DNA from: Caldilineaceae bacterium
GTDB lineage: Bacteria > Chloroflexota > Anaerolineae > Caldilineales > Caldilineaceae
Length of the DNA stretch: 64,000 nucleotides
Assembly: GCA_965208365.1 (NCBI GenBank)
Contig: OZ242330.1
Span: 3,431,031 to 3,495,030 of the forward strand
Direction: 5' to 3'
In this document: piece by piece, positions 10,661-19,920 of the stretch
Layout of the letters: every line of letters starts with the position of its first letter
Position numbering within the stretch: position 1 is the stretch's first letter
Made by a program: the position numbers and the translations under genes
Notes under the pieces: generated by a model
Told to the model about the DNA's origin: nothing
What the model saw: only the letters and a program-made list of their open reading frames with translations
The model's database searches: none

Positions 10661-11242
10661 ATGTCCACCCAGGCCCACCCGACCACCAGTCCCGTGCCGA
10701 CAACGTCCCCGGCACGATTCTGGCTCGCGGCCACGCTTCTGACGCTGGTTCTCGGTTTGGCATGGATCTGGGTGTCGGCACCCGGACGCACATCTGCGGT
10801 GCTGGAGGACTCGGCCGGTCCGTTCATCGGCCATGCAGCACCGCCAATTCAGCTGGTGTCACTGGAGGATCCAACCGTTGCGAATGTTGTCAACGGAGTG
10901 GAGGTGCCCGTGGTCCTCAACTTCTGGGCGTCCTGGTGCAACCCGTGCCGCCGTGAGATCCCGGAACTGGTGGAGGCCACCCAGCGCTTTGGGCAAGAAG
11001 TGCGTGTGGTGGGGATTGTGATGCCATCCGACGCGGACGGGGCCAGGACCATGGCGGACGAGTTCGGCATCAACTACGAACTCTCGGTGGATGCTTCGGG
11101 AGGTCGGGGGCACGCGGACTACGACGTGCGCAGCATTCCAACCACCTACTTCATAGACCGCAGCGGTGTCATCAGGGCCAAGGTGACGGGGGAAATGAGT
11201 GCCGCGGTCCTGACGGAAGGCATCTCGCGCATCCTGAATTGA
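10661..11242 (+). CDS. TlpA/ResA-like thiol:disulfide oxidoreductase (thioredoxin fold, membrane-anchored)
   Basis: N-terminal TM helix (FWLAATLLTLVLGLAWIWV). CxxC active site in FWASWCNPCRREIPEL. Confidence 0.8.
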   Translation: MSTQAHPTTSPVPTTSPARFWLAATLLTLVLGLAWIWVSAPGRTSAVLEDSAGPFIGHAAPPIQLVSLEDPTVANVVNGVEVPVVLNFWASWCNPCRREIPELVEATQRFGQEVRVVGIVMPSDADGARTMADEFGINYELSVDASGGRGHADYDVRSIPTTYFIDRSGVIRAKVTGEMSAAVLTEGISRILN

Positions 11243-11299
11243 CAGCCCTCAGGCCAGGGCGATTGCATCTAAATTGGGTGGCGCGACCGTGTGGTTGGC

Positions 11300-11640
11300 G
11301 CGTGGCCACAATGGGTTGCAAGAGTTGGACTGTCTCAACAGACGCGAAATGGCCGCGCGGGTCGGCATTGCCCTCCTGACCGGGCATCGGCTGGTACCGG
11401 GGCCAGCGTCGCGTCTGGGATGGTTGTGCCTCCGTGCGCACGATCCCCTGCACGACCACCGTGACTATTACCCGCCACAACCCCACCATCCGCGACTTCG
11501 ACACCCACTTGTGCCGACGGGGCAAGTCTAGAAAGGTGGCACTCGTCGCGGCCATGCGCTAGCTGCTCCTCACCCTGAACGCGGTGATCTGGGATACAGG
11601 TTCCTTGGCAGCAGGAACCTGTGTCCACGGCTGTTGAGGC
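11300..11640 (+). pseudogene. IS110-family transposase relic (C-terminal third only; frameshifted, in-frame stop)
   Basis: Two frames together read ...ELDCLNRREMAARVGIA... and ...GQRRVWDGCASVRT...ITRHNPTIRDFDTHLCRRGKSRKVALVAAMR*LLLTLNAVIWD. This matches the conserved IS110 C-terminus (..RRxIAAxxGxAP..GGRxxxR..RHNPxxRxFYxRLxxxGKxxKVALxAxMRKLLxxLNA). The catalytic N-terminal domain is absent. Boundaries are approximate. Confidence 0.6.
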
Positions 11641-12017
11641 TTGACCTTCAACACAGTATCTGTGTTCCATGTCAAGTTATTGAAGGTCCAGATGACCACT
11701 CCTCCTGTGGCAACCAAGATGTCCCTCGGCGGGCCACCGCACCCAGTTGCTTAACGGCGCGCCCCTCTCACCTAACCTCACAGATTCCCTAATCTGCAGG
11801 TCGAATACAACATACAAATTGCTAAACGGTTACTCAACGAGATTGAAACGGTACTGCGGTGAGGAGCGTTCTCAATGGGGAACTCCCGCGACCCGCTCAC
11901 ATGTCTACATTGTTATTTCAGAGCTGGGATTGTGTATTTGTTCCATAACATGGTTATCCTGCCCGCTACATCTAACTACTGGGCCACACAACCCAACACG
12001 CCGGAGGGTGTGCACAA

Positions 12018-13208
12018 ATGCTCCGTATTGACCTCAAACGACTGCTGGATGGCTGCTCCGACGACTCCTTCGACGCGGGCATCAAGATGGCTACAGTCCT
12101 GCAACCGCTGTCGGGGCCGGCTGGGCCTGTCAAACCGGCCGTGTACGCAGGTGGCCAGTACCAACTGGACAAGCGGTTCGCCGACACGTCCGATGCAGAA
12201 CCGACGCCGGTGATCGTCATTGACAACGTGCCTTCCCAAGCCAATCGCTTGGAAGATGCCCTACGTCGCAACCGGGAACAGCTTGGCCTCCCGGAGTTCC
12301 TCCTGGATTTGGCCGAGTTGGGAGCGTTGCCGTCGCATGTGCTCCGCTCGCTGTCCTCGTTCCAGTTTCCGCATCGCAATGCCGACGCCTACCTGCGTGA
12401 TTCGACTTGGGACGGCACCGATTTCCTCAAAACAGAGATTGGACAGTCCATTTTCGGGGCAACCGCCGGTGAGTGCGGCCCACTGATGTCATGGTTCCCG
12501 CAGGCCCTGCTGTACGGGTTCTGGCAATCCCATCTTGGCAAGAAACGGCACAACAGCAAGCATGCCCGCGCTTGGGTCTCGGAGATCATCGGCTGGAACC
12601 CCGCCGACACCGAGACCAGGACCTTTGGGCTGAAGGGCGATCCCCTGAACCTGAACATAGACGAGGAGGTGAGAGTCAACTCCAATGATCTGGGCGACTG
12701 GAGCATCGGCAAAGAGAACGGTACCAAGGCGGACAAACGTTCATCTTCAAAGCTTTCAGGCATCGGACATGGTCAAACACCGTTCACAGGCACCGATTCC
12801 GCGCTTGCTGCTGTGTCGTTCCAGCGCGTGACCCAGTTGGCCACCGTGTCGTTTGCCCAGCTTCGGCGTGTCAGTCTGGGGCGTGGCACCCCGCCCGCAA
12901 CCGACGCGGCCGCTCGTGCCCTGCTGGTGGCCATGGGCCTGCATGCCCATCGCATCGCCTTTGAGCGTGCGTTCTCGCTTCGATCAGGTGCGGACCTTCG
13001 CCCCCGGTCCACAATCAAGACATGGCTGGGCGTAGAGGACGAACCTTGTGAAGTCGAGTCAACAGGTTCGCTCCTGCAGGAAGCAAAGGCTCACGCCCTT
13101 GAAGTTGGTGTGCCATTGGCCGGATGGGACCAACCATCAACGGTGTTGAAACCCAAACCCAATTTGGCTAATGTCATCCGTTCCACTTGGCCAAAGAGCA
13201 CAGACTGA
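12018..13208 (+). CDS. csb1: CRISPR-associated Cas7u (Csb1 / GSU0053-family RAMP)
   Basis: 396 aa. The motifs PVKPAVYAGG, VPSQANRLEDAL and FPHRNADAYLRDS match my recollection of the Csb1 family. It is the first gene of an overlap-coupled cas operon, preceded by GGAGG 10 nt upstream of the ATG. Confidence 0.75.
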   Translation: MLRIDLKRLLDGCSDDSFDAGIKMATVLQPLSGPAGPVKPAVYAGGQYQLDKRFADTSDAEPTPVIVIDNVPSQANRLEDALRRNREQLGLPEFLLDLAELGALPSHVLRSLSSFQFPHRNADAYLRDSTWDGTDFLKTEIGQSIFGATAGECGPLMSWFPQALLYGFWQSHLGKKRHNSKHARAWVSEIIGWNPADTETRTFGLKGDPLNLNIDEEVRVNSNDLGDWSIGKENGTKADKRSSSKLSGIGHGQTPFTGTDSALAAVSFQRVTQLATVSFAQLRRVSLGRGTPPATDAAARALLVAMGLHAHRIAFERAFSLRSGADLRPRSTIKTWLGVEDEPCEVESTGSLLQEAKAHALEVGVPLAGWDQPSTVLKPKPNLANVIRSTWPKSTD

Positions 13209-14650
13209 TGTTCTCTGTTTCCGTAGAACTGTTGCATGGCGTGTTTCGGGGCGATGCGGACGGGACAGCCAACACCGGGCATCTGAGCAAGGGTGAGTGG
13301 CCGCCGTCACCCGCCCGTCTATTTGCTGCCTTTGTGGCGGCCGATGGCACCGGAATTGCGTGTCGCTTGACCGACGGATCGGAACTGGAATGGCTGGAAG
13401 GGCTGCAACCGCCCATCATCTACGCGGATCCTCAACCAACACATACGCCGATCCTTCCGCGGTACGTCGTTGAGCAACGCAAATCCGGCATCAAAAACCA
13501 ACACCAGGAATACCCGGCCCGCAAAGGGACACGCGTTTGGCCGGGCGTGCGTGTCTGCCCGCGCACACCCATGATCCACTACACATGGGACACACCAATC
13601 CCGCCAGCCGACATCTTCGCTGCGCTTCAACGACGTGCAGCGCGCATTGGCTACCTTGGTACGGCAGATTCCCCGGCGCGCGTACAGGTCCTGACGGACG
13701 ACAGATTGCTAGACCTGCCGGAATGCCAAGGGTTTGCCGCGTGCCCGGATGGTCAAATGCTGGTCAACGTCCCGCAACCCGGCGATCTTGCCATCTGGGA
13801 TCGGATGTACGAGCAATGGACCGAACGGGGGGCGGCTTTGAGTCGAACACAGTTTCATGCCCTGAAACACGAGGTCCGTTACCGCAACCCGGCAATGGAA
13901 GTGCAACCTCCGCTGGACCGCGGTCAGGTGGTGGTCTGGCTACGGGTGGAACCTGCAGTGTCCGGGCGGCGCGTCGCGGCCATGACTGAACTGTTCAAAA
14001 AGGCTTTGCTGGCCAAGTACCAGTTCACATATGGTGGACCGCCGGCGGTGTTGCACGGCCACGGCATCAACGGGAAGGGGCATGACGACCTTGCCCGGTA
14101 CTTGGCCCTTCCCGATGTCGGCTTCCAGTGGTCCAAAGGACTGATCCACGGACTGGCCTTGTGGATGCCACCGGGTTCCGAGTCGTTGGACCGTAGGCGA
14201 GCGCGTGACGCGGCCCTTTCAATTCGCACTCTGACGGGACGCGGCATCCAAGTCTCGGTAGTGTGCCAAGACAGTGCAATCCATCCACGGGCGACCCATC
14301 CCGATCGCTGGGAACGGAAGTCTCGCACATGGGCAACTGCTGTTCCTGCTATCCACGAACGTTGGCGAAGTCTCTCGTTGACCAACCTCGCGGTTTGGTG
14401 CGCTCATGCCGGATTGCCGGAACCGGTTGACTTCCGTGCCGCCCGCACCCCGCTCGTTCCTGGAGGGATTGATCTTGCACCTTCCGAGGTTCATCGCCCG
14501 GGAAGGCCCGTGCGACCCTACTCGCACATTGAAATCCGGTTTGAGGAACCCATACCGGGACCGGTTGTGTTCGGTGCAGGCCGCCAGCGAGGATTTGGGC
14601 TCTGTATCCCGATGGACGATTCCATACGCTCCTCAACCAGGACACAATGA
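13208..14650 (+). CDS. csb2: CRISPR-associated Cas5u/Cas6u fusion (Csb2 / GSU0054 family)
   Basis: N-terminus MFSVSVELLHGVFRGDADG....EWPPSPARLFAAFVAA is the family signature. The ATG at 13208 shares one base with the csb1 stop (TGATG). The track's upstream start at 13187 lies inside csb1. Confidence 0.75.
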   Translation: MFSVSVELLHGVFRGDADGTANTGHLSKGEWPPSPARLFAAFVAADGTGIACRLTDGSELEWLEGLQPPIIYADPQPTHTPILPRYVVEQRKSGIKNQHQEYPARKGTRVWPGVRVCPRTPMIHYTWDTPIPPADIFAALQRRAARIGYLGTADSPARVQVLTDDRLLDLPECQGFAACPDGQMLVNVPQPGDLAIWDRMYEQWTERGAALSRTQFHALKHEVRYRNPAMEVQPPLDRGQVVVWLRVEPAVSGRRVAAMTELFKKALLAKYQFTYGGPPAVLHGHGINGKGHDDLARYLALPDVGFQWSKGLIHGLALWMPPGSESLDRRRARDAALSIRTLTGRGIQVSVVCQDSAIHPRATHPDRWERKSRTWATAVPAIHERWRSLSLTNLAVWCAHAGLPEPVDFRAARTPLVPGGIDLAPSEVHRPGRPVRPYSHIEIRFEEPIPGPVVFGAGRQRGFGLCIPMDDSIRSSTRTQ

Positions 14651-17406
14651 TGCTCAAGCCGACATTCGCAGAGTTCTACCAGGCCTGCAACGGATACGAA
14701 CCTTTCCCCTGGCAGGACCGCTTAGCCAACAGCGTTGCTGAAACCGGTGCCTGGCCTGCGGAAATCGGAGTTCCGACCGGACTGGGCAAGACCTCGTGCC
14801 TTGACATTGCCGTGTGGTGGCTTGCTTCGCAAGCAGATCGGGAACCGGTTGCCCGCACTGCGCCGACGCGTATCTGGTGGGTTGTCAACCGCCGGTTGCT
14901 GGTGGATGCCACTGCGGATCACGCCCAACGCATAGCGGATATCCTTGAGGATCCGTGGAAAAAAGATGTTACCGGGCGGGAGTTGCAGACTGTGTTGGCG
15001 GTCCAGCAGCAACTCAGATTTCTCTCTGCCGGACGTGCACCGGCCTTGGATGTCATTCGGCTCCGCGGCGGCATTGCCGGGCGCACTCCAATCAATCCAT
15101 CTTGCCCTACCATCATCCTTTGCACCTTGCCCATGTACGGCTCGCGTTTGCTCTTTCGCACATACGGCTCACGGTTGCGTTCCGTCGATGCAGCAATGGC
15201 TGGGACAGACAGTTTGATCCTGCTGGATGAAGCACACCTCGCTCCCCACTTGCAGAACCTGATCCCGGCCCTCAATGAATGCATGCCGGGCACCGTATCG
15301 ATTCTCGGCGAACGTCGCTCCAGGCCTCAGTTGACATCCCTGACGGCAACTGGACGGGCGCAACCCGGACAACGGTTCGACCTGGACGACCGCGACAAGG
15401 CACATCCAATTGTCAAACAGCGCATCCATGCTGCAAAGCCGCTGGAAATCCGAGAGTGCAAGGGCGAGGCCGGAAAACATCTTGCCGAGGCGTGCTCCGA
15501 CCTACTCAAGGGCAGACCGCCCTCCGCTGTCATCGTTTTCGCTAACACGCCGGACACTGCCCGCAAAACCTTCGAGCGGGTTCGGAAACGGCATAGCCGG
15601 GAAGCCGAAGTCCTGCTGCTCACTGGCCGCCAGCGCGAGTGGGAAGCGGAACGGCTGCGGAAACGCATCCTAGACCCGCAGGAAGGCATGGTCGATACAT
15701 TCACCGTCCAACGCCGGCGGCATCTCATTGTCGTCGCAACGCAAACGTTGGAAGTGGGCGCAGACATCGATGCCGAGTACATGGTGTCCGAAGCGTGCGG
15801 AGTCCGGGCCCTTACGCAGAGACTGGGCCGCCTGAACCGCTTCGGACACCATGCCCATGCGCGTGCGGTGTATGTCCATATCCCGCCCAAAGGCAATAAG
15901 CCGAAAATATCCTGGCCGGTCTATGGTGTGGAGCCCTTGCAGGTTCTCGAGCGACTTCAGGGGGCTATTACAGAAGGCGGGACCAGCACGGTGGACCTGT
16001 CTCCTGCCAGGGCAGCCAAGGTCTTGGGAGATCCGGCCGACGGCATCGGACGCGCCTCGGAAATCATGCAGGGCATTTTGTGGGAGTGGGTGAAAACGAC
16101 CACCCCGCCCGAGGGCGAAGCCCCGGTAGAACCCTACTTCGCCGGCATCAGCGGAGCGCAGTACTCGGTGTCCTTGATCTGGCGGGCACATGTTCCGGAT
16201 CCGGAAGACGAAAACATACTCCGTCTCTGGCCTCGGACCACGGACAGGGAAGCGATGGAAGTCCCCATCCACGAAGTTCGGAGTGTGTTGGACCCCGCGG
16301 AAACCGTCTGTCGACTGGCCCTTGACAACCTCACAATCCAAGCAGCCACACCTGCGGATTTGCGACCGGGAGACCGCATTGTGTTGGCCATGGACCGCGG
16401 CCTGATGGACGATTTCGGTTGGAATCCCGAAGCATTCGATCCGGTCAGAGACATGTCTCTGACCGGGCAGGGATTGCCGCTTGACGCACAAGCAATTCAG
16501 CGTCTGTGTGGCATTGACGTTGGGCGATACATCGACACTTGCAACCAAGCGTTCAAGGCCGAGGGTGCAGACCAAGACGCTGGCGACAAGGCGGTTTCGG
16601 CACTCTTGGATGCAGTCCGGGCTGCTCCCGCACCGGCCGGATGGGAGTGGTCGGAGTGGGAGGATTTCCTCGATTCCTTGCAGCCGGATCCCAAGCGGTC
16701 ACGACGCAGCGTCCTGCGCTTGCACACGAACGACAACGACGGCACCTGGAATAGCAGCGACCTGGATGAAACATCGCTGGCTGTTGACGCAACCGGTTTG
16801 GATGCCCACGGCGAGGCGGTAGCAAACCTAGCCGCGCGGATCGCCGAGAGGATTGGTATTCCTCCGCCATTGGCCTGTGTGGCAGAGGCGGCGGGAAAAC
16901 TCCACGACATCGGCAAAGCCGATCATCGGTTTCAACGCTGGCTGCAATCCAGCTTCGAGCCGGGGCAGCTGCTGCGAGCCAAATCCAACACGCCCCGCCA
17001 TCGTTGGGATGCGACACGCGAGGCAGCAGGGTGGCCCAGCGGTGGGCGTCACGAAGAATTGTCTGCCCGTTTGGTCCTTGCCTGGCTGCAACAAGGCAAA
17101 CCCCCATTCAACCGGCGGGAACAAGACTTGCTCGTCCACCTGATCGCCAGCCATCATGGAAAAGCCCGTCCGTTCACGATGCCGGTTCCTGACGACAGCC
17201 CCGCGCAAGTGTCCAGTCTGATTGACGGCGTGCAGGTCCAGGTTTCCGCCAATCTTGCCGATCCGGACTGGGAGCAACCTACCCGGTTTTATCGGCTCAA
17301 CCAGTGGCTGGGACCCTGGGGGCTGTCCCTCATGGAAGCCATCGTCACACTTGCCGACCATACGGTATCTGCGGGGGAATACACCAATGAGGAACGCGAA
17401 CCATGA
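14647..17406 (+). CDS. cas3: Cas3 helicase-nuclease with C-terminal HD domain
   Basis: Walker A VPTGLGKTSCL and DEAH box LILLDEAHL. The HD domain sits at the C-terminus (GKLHDIGKADHRFQ ... HEELSARL ... LIASHHGKARP), the arrangement reported for type I-G/I-U Cas3. ATGA overlap with csb2. Confidence 0.9.
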   Translation: MMLKPTFAEFYQACNGYEPFPWQDRLANSVAETGAWPAEIGVPTGLGKTSCLDIAVWWLASQADREPVARTAPTRIWWVVNRRLLVDATADHAQRIADILEDPWKKDVTGRELQTVLAVQQQLRFLSAGRAPALDVIRLRGGIAGRTPINPSCPTIILCTLPMYGSRLLFRTYGSRLRSVDAAMAGTDSLILLDEAHLAPHLQNLIPALNECMPGTVSILGERRSRPQLTSLTATGRAQPGQRFDLDDRDKAHPIVKQRIHAAKPLEIRECKGEAGKHLAEACSDLLKGRPPSAVIVFANTPDTARKTFERVRKRHSREAEVLLLTGRQREWEAERLRKRILDPQEGMVDTFTVQRRRHLIVVATQTLEVGADIDAEYMVSEACGVRALTQRLGRLNRFGHHAHARAVYVHIPPKGNKPKISWPVYGVEPLQVLERLQGAITEGGTSTVDLSPARAAKVLGDPADGIGRASEIMQGILWEWVKTTTPPEGEAPVEPYFAGISGAQYSVSLIWRAHVPDPEDENILRLWPRTTDREAMEVPIHEVRSVLDPAETVCRLALDNLTIQAATPADLRPGDRIVLAMDRGLMDDFGWNPEAFDPVRDMSLTGQGLPLDAQAIQRLCGIDVGRYIDTCNQAFKAEGADQDAGDKAVSALLDAVRAAPAPAGWEWSEWEDFLDSLQPDPKRSRRSVLRLHTNDNDGTWNSSDLDETSLAVDATGLDAHGEAVANLAARIAERIGIPPPLACVAEAAGKLHDIGKADHRFQRWLQSSFEPGQLLRAKSNTPRHRWDATREAAGWPSGGRHEELSARLVLAWLQQGKPPFNRREQDLLVHLIASHHGKARPFTMPVPDDSPAQVSSLIDGVQVQVSANLADPDWEQPTRFYRLNQWLGPWGLSLMEAIVTLADHTVSAGEYTNEEREP

Positions 17407-18296
17407 TCCAAGTGCAATGTCCGGGCCTACCTGCGGATTGGGTGAATGCCTGGCTCGCAGCAATTGGCGCAACCCTGTTGGATCACCGCATTCGGTTGCA
17501 CTGGACATCCCAGGGTTCGCCTGTGGCCGTACTCTCTGCACAGGGCACCGACCCAGTTGAGTGCCTGATTGAGTCGTGGCCTGATGCGGGGTTTCTGGCC
17601 GATCTGCCCGTCGCGGAGACGTGGAGCGGAACTGCTGCAGTCAAGCGCAAAGTTCCAGTTGAGGCTTTCAGGGAGCGTGTCCAGGCAGCCCGCGGCCATC
17701 GCCACGCATGGACGCTGTCATCCACGATGACAGACCTCTGTGTCGATCAAGACGGGTATGTGGCGCACGCACCTTTCGACCCGCCCGCGCCGAAGGGTGC
17801 CTACCTCCATCAGAGATTGGTGAGAGTCCACGAGCATGTGGATCCAAACGCAAACCACATTCAAGATGCGCTGAGGGGGCAACCGCTTCTCGTGAAGAAC
17901 AACGGACTGGGGTTCGATCAAGGTCGCCTCGCCTCTTCGTCCGACGCAACATCCCCTCTGGTCAATCCCGTCGTCGAAGTGCTTGCCTTCTTTGGTCTTT
18001 GCCTACTGCCGGTAAGGGGACCAGGAACCGACAGACGTTTGGACGGCCGTGCCAACATCGCTGAGCAACAGAGGGGTTTTATGCCGTTGAAGGTTGGAGT
18101 GCGTCGCAACTTTCACTGGCCCGCATGGACCCCGCCGCTTGGTCGAGACGGCATCGACGCGCTCCTAGACTCTTGGGATCCCGCCCAGCAGGCCAGATGG
18201 CCCCTGCTGGGTATCCATTCAGCGTGGCAGAGTGTCCAGTACCAACATCAAGGTGCGCTGGATGCCACACGCGCATTTGGATCTGCACGCCTATGA
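17403..18296 (+). CDS. Candidate Cas8u-type large subunit, unusually short (Csx17/Csb3-like by position)
   Basis: 297 aa, embedded in the operon with ATGA overlaps on both sides. The N-terminal GLPADWVNAWLAAIGATLL and the internal NPVVEVLAFFGLCLLP resemble Csx17-type motifs as I remember them. The assignment is mainly positional. Confidence 0.45.
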   Translation: MIQVQCPGLPADWVNAWLAAIGATLLDHRIRLHWTSQGSPVAVLSAQGTDPVECLIESWPDAGFLADLPVAETWSGTAAVKRKVPVEAFRERVQAARGHRHAWTLSSTMTDLCVDQDGYVAHAPFDPPAPKGAYLHQRLVRVHEHVDPNANHIQDALRGQPLLVKNNGLGFDQGRLASSSDATSPLVNPVVEVLAFFGLCLLPVRGPGTDRRLDGRANIAEQQRGFMPLKVGVRRNFHWPAWTPPLGRDGIDALLDSWDPAQQARWPLLGIHSAWQSVQYQHQGALDATRAFGSARL

Positions 18297-18910
18297 CACC
18301 CGAACCTGTCGTTCTGATCTCCGCTATCGAGCACTTTATCTACTGCCCGCGGCAATGCGCGTTGATCCATTGCGACGGTGTGTGGAGTGACAATGCCCAC
18401 ATCGTTCGGGGAACACGCGCACATCGGCGTGTAGATAGTGGGAAGCACCGGCAGGAACGAGGCTGGAAGGTTCTGCGTTCCATACCCCTCTGGTCAGATA
18501 CTCTGGGATTGTCCGGCCGCGCCGATGCCATCGAGATGAGAGGTGGGGAAGTTCGCCCCGTCGAATACAAGTCGGGTGTACGGCACGGTTCAGCAGCGGA
18601 TTTCCAAGTTTGCGCCCAAGCCCTTTGCCTGGAGGAAATGCTGGGTGTACATATTCCCTACGGGTTTGTCTGGTACGGGGGGCCCCGGCGTCGCGAGAAG
18701 GTTGAATTCTCTCCAGTGTTGCGTCGAGACGTGTGCGATGTCATTGAGCAAATCAGGACACAGTTGCTGACGACTGCACTGCCGGATGCACCCAACGACG
18801 CCCGTTGTACGGAGTGCCAGCTGTTGCACCACTGTCTGCCCCAACTCACAAGTGCTCCACACACTGTGACCGACTACATGACATCCGTGGTGTTCCAATG
18901 CGACTCTTGA
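18293..18910 (+). CDS. cas4: Cas4 (RecB-like nuclease with 4-Cys Fe-S cluster)
   Basis: N-terminal CPRQC plus C-terminal CTECQLLHHC. Nuclease core DAIEMRGGEVRPVEYKSG. The ATG at 18293 overlaps the upstream stop (ATGA) and is in frame with track ORF 18125..18910. Confidence 0.9.
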   Translation: MTPEPVVLISAIEHFIYCPRQCALIHCDGVWSDNAHIVRGTRAHRRVDSGKHRQERGWKVLRSIPLWSDTLGLSGRADAIEMRGGEVRPVEYKSGVRHGSAADFQVCAQALCLEEMLGVHIPYGFVWYGGPRRREKVEFSPVLRRDVCDVIEQIRTQLLTTALPDAPNDARCTECQLLHHCLPQLTSAPHTVTDYMTSVVFQCDS

Positions 18911-19917
18911 GCACCGTCTATATTCGGGATCATCGAGCCCGCGTGCGTCACAGCCAGGGTTCTCTGATCGTCGACGCGCCAGCCGGCAAGCAGCGCATCC
19001 CATTGGAATCCGTGGATACCCTTGTCATTCTGGGCAACGCACAAATTACATCGCAGGCCCTTGGTGTCTGCGCGCAACGAGGAGTCACTGTCGCCGCCTT
19101 GCACATGGGCGGGAGCGTCCGGTTCACCGTGTCGGGAGCCAAAAGCGGGAACATCAACTTGCGCCTGGCCCAGTTCGATGCGGCCACGGACGACAGGAAG
19201 TCTGTGGTCATCGCCAAGTCCATTGTTGCGGCCAAAGTCCAAAACAGCGCGATGGTGGTCGACAGATGGGCACGGGACGAGAAGGATGCAGGGCATGCGG
19301 AGCAACTTGCTGAGCGTGCCTCCCAGATCAAGAACCGCGTTGCACGGTTGGCGGATGCTGATTCCGCCAACCTGGTAAGGGGCATTGAGGGGGATGTTGC
19401 ACGAATCTACTTCCGTGCGCTTGGACAGGCAGTATCAAACACGGGGTTTGAGTTCACGGCCAGGACAAGACGGCCACCCAGGGATCCGGTCAACGCTCTG
19501 CTGGGATTTTGCTACGCCCTACTCGTGACAGAATGTACCGGAGCTGCAGAAAGCGTCGGCCTTGACTTCCAGTTGGGCTTTCTGCATCGACCTCGTTCGG
19601 GGCGGCCATCGCTTGCGCTGGACATCACCGAAGAGTTTCGGGCACTCACGGATCGGTTTGCCGTGTCGCTGATGCGCCGGAAGCAGATTAGCGCAGACAA
19701 CTTCGAGCACACACCCGGCGGTGCGGTCTACCTCACCAACGAAGGAAAAAAGCGGTTGCTCCAAGCGTGGGAGGCGCACAAGGACAAAGACATTCGCCAC
19801 CGTCTACTGGGGCGTCCAGTGGGCCGGTGGGCACTGCCCGCGGTTCAAGCTACACTTTTGGCCAGACACTTGCGCGGAGATATCCCTGCGTACCCGCCTT
19901 TCATCCTACCGTGGTGA
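18898..19917 (+). CDS. cas1: Cas1 integrase
   Basis: GIEGDVARIYF, RRPPRDPVNALLGFCYALL and GFLHRPRSGRPSLALDITEEFR. The ATG at 18898 overlaps the cas4 3' end by 13 nt, in a different frame, so the two are not fused. Confidence 0.95.
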   Translation: MRLLSTVYIRDHRARVRHSQGSLIVDAPAGKQRIPLESVDTLVILGNAQITSQALGVCAQRGVTVAALHMGGSVRFTVSGAKSGNINLRLAQFDAATDDRKSVVIAKSIVAAKVQNSAMVVDRWARDEKDAGHAEQLAERASQIKNRVARLADADSANLVRGIEGDVARIYFRALGQAVSNTGFEFTARTRRPPRDPVNALLGFCYALLVTECTGAAESVGLDFQLGFLHRPRSGRPSLALDITEEFRALTDRFAVSLMRRKQISADNFEHTPGGAVYLTNEGKKRLLQAWEAHKDKDIRHRLLGRPVGRWALPAVQATLLARHLRGDIPAYPPFILPW

Positions 19918-19920
19918 TCA

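Noticed and set aside
11842-11849. ATTGAAAC, the canonical 3' end of many type I/III repeats, and the adjacent CTCAACGA (complement of the local repeat's TCGTTGAG), both upstream of csb1.
   Set aside because: These are single 8-mers with no flanking similarity to the repeat (about 25% identity). Matches of this size are expected by chance in 2 x 64 kb.
15670-16575. Long antisense or overlapping ORFs inside confidently called genes. Examples: 15670..16575 in cas3, 8587..9852 opposite gnd, 33744..34907, 36640..37764, 50742..52580, 44679..46304, 26846..28138.
   Set aside because: These are typical stop-codon-poor shadow frames of a high-GC genome. Each overlaps a gene with strong family motifs, and their sequences are low-complexity and Arg/Gly/Pro-rich.
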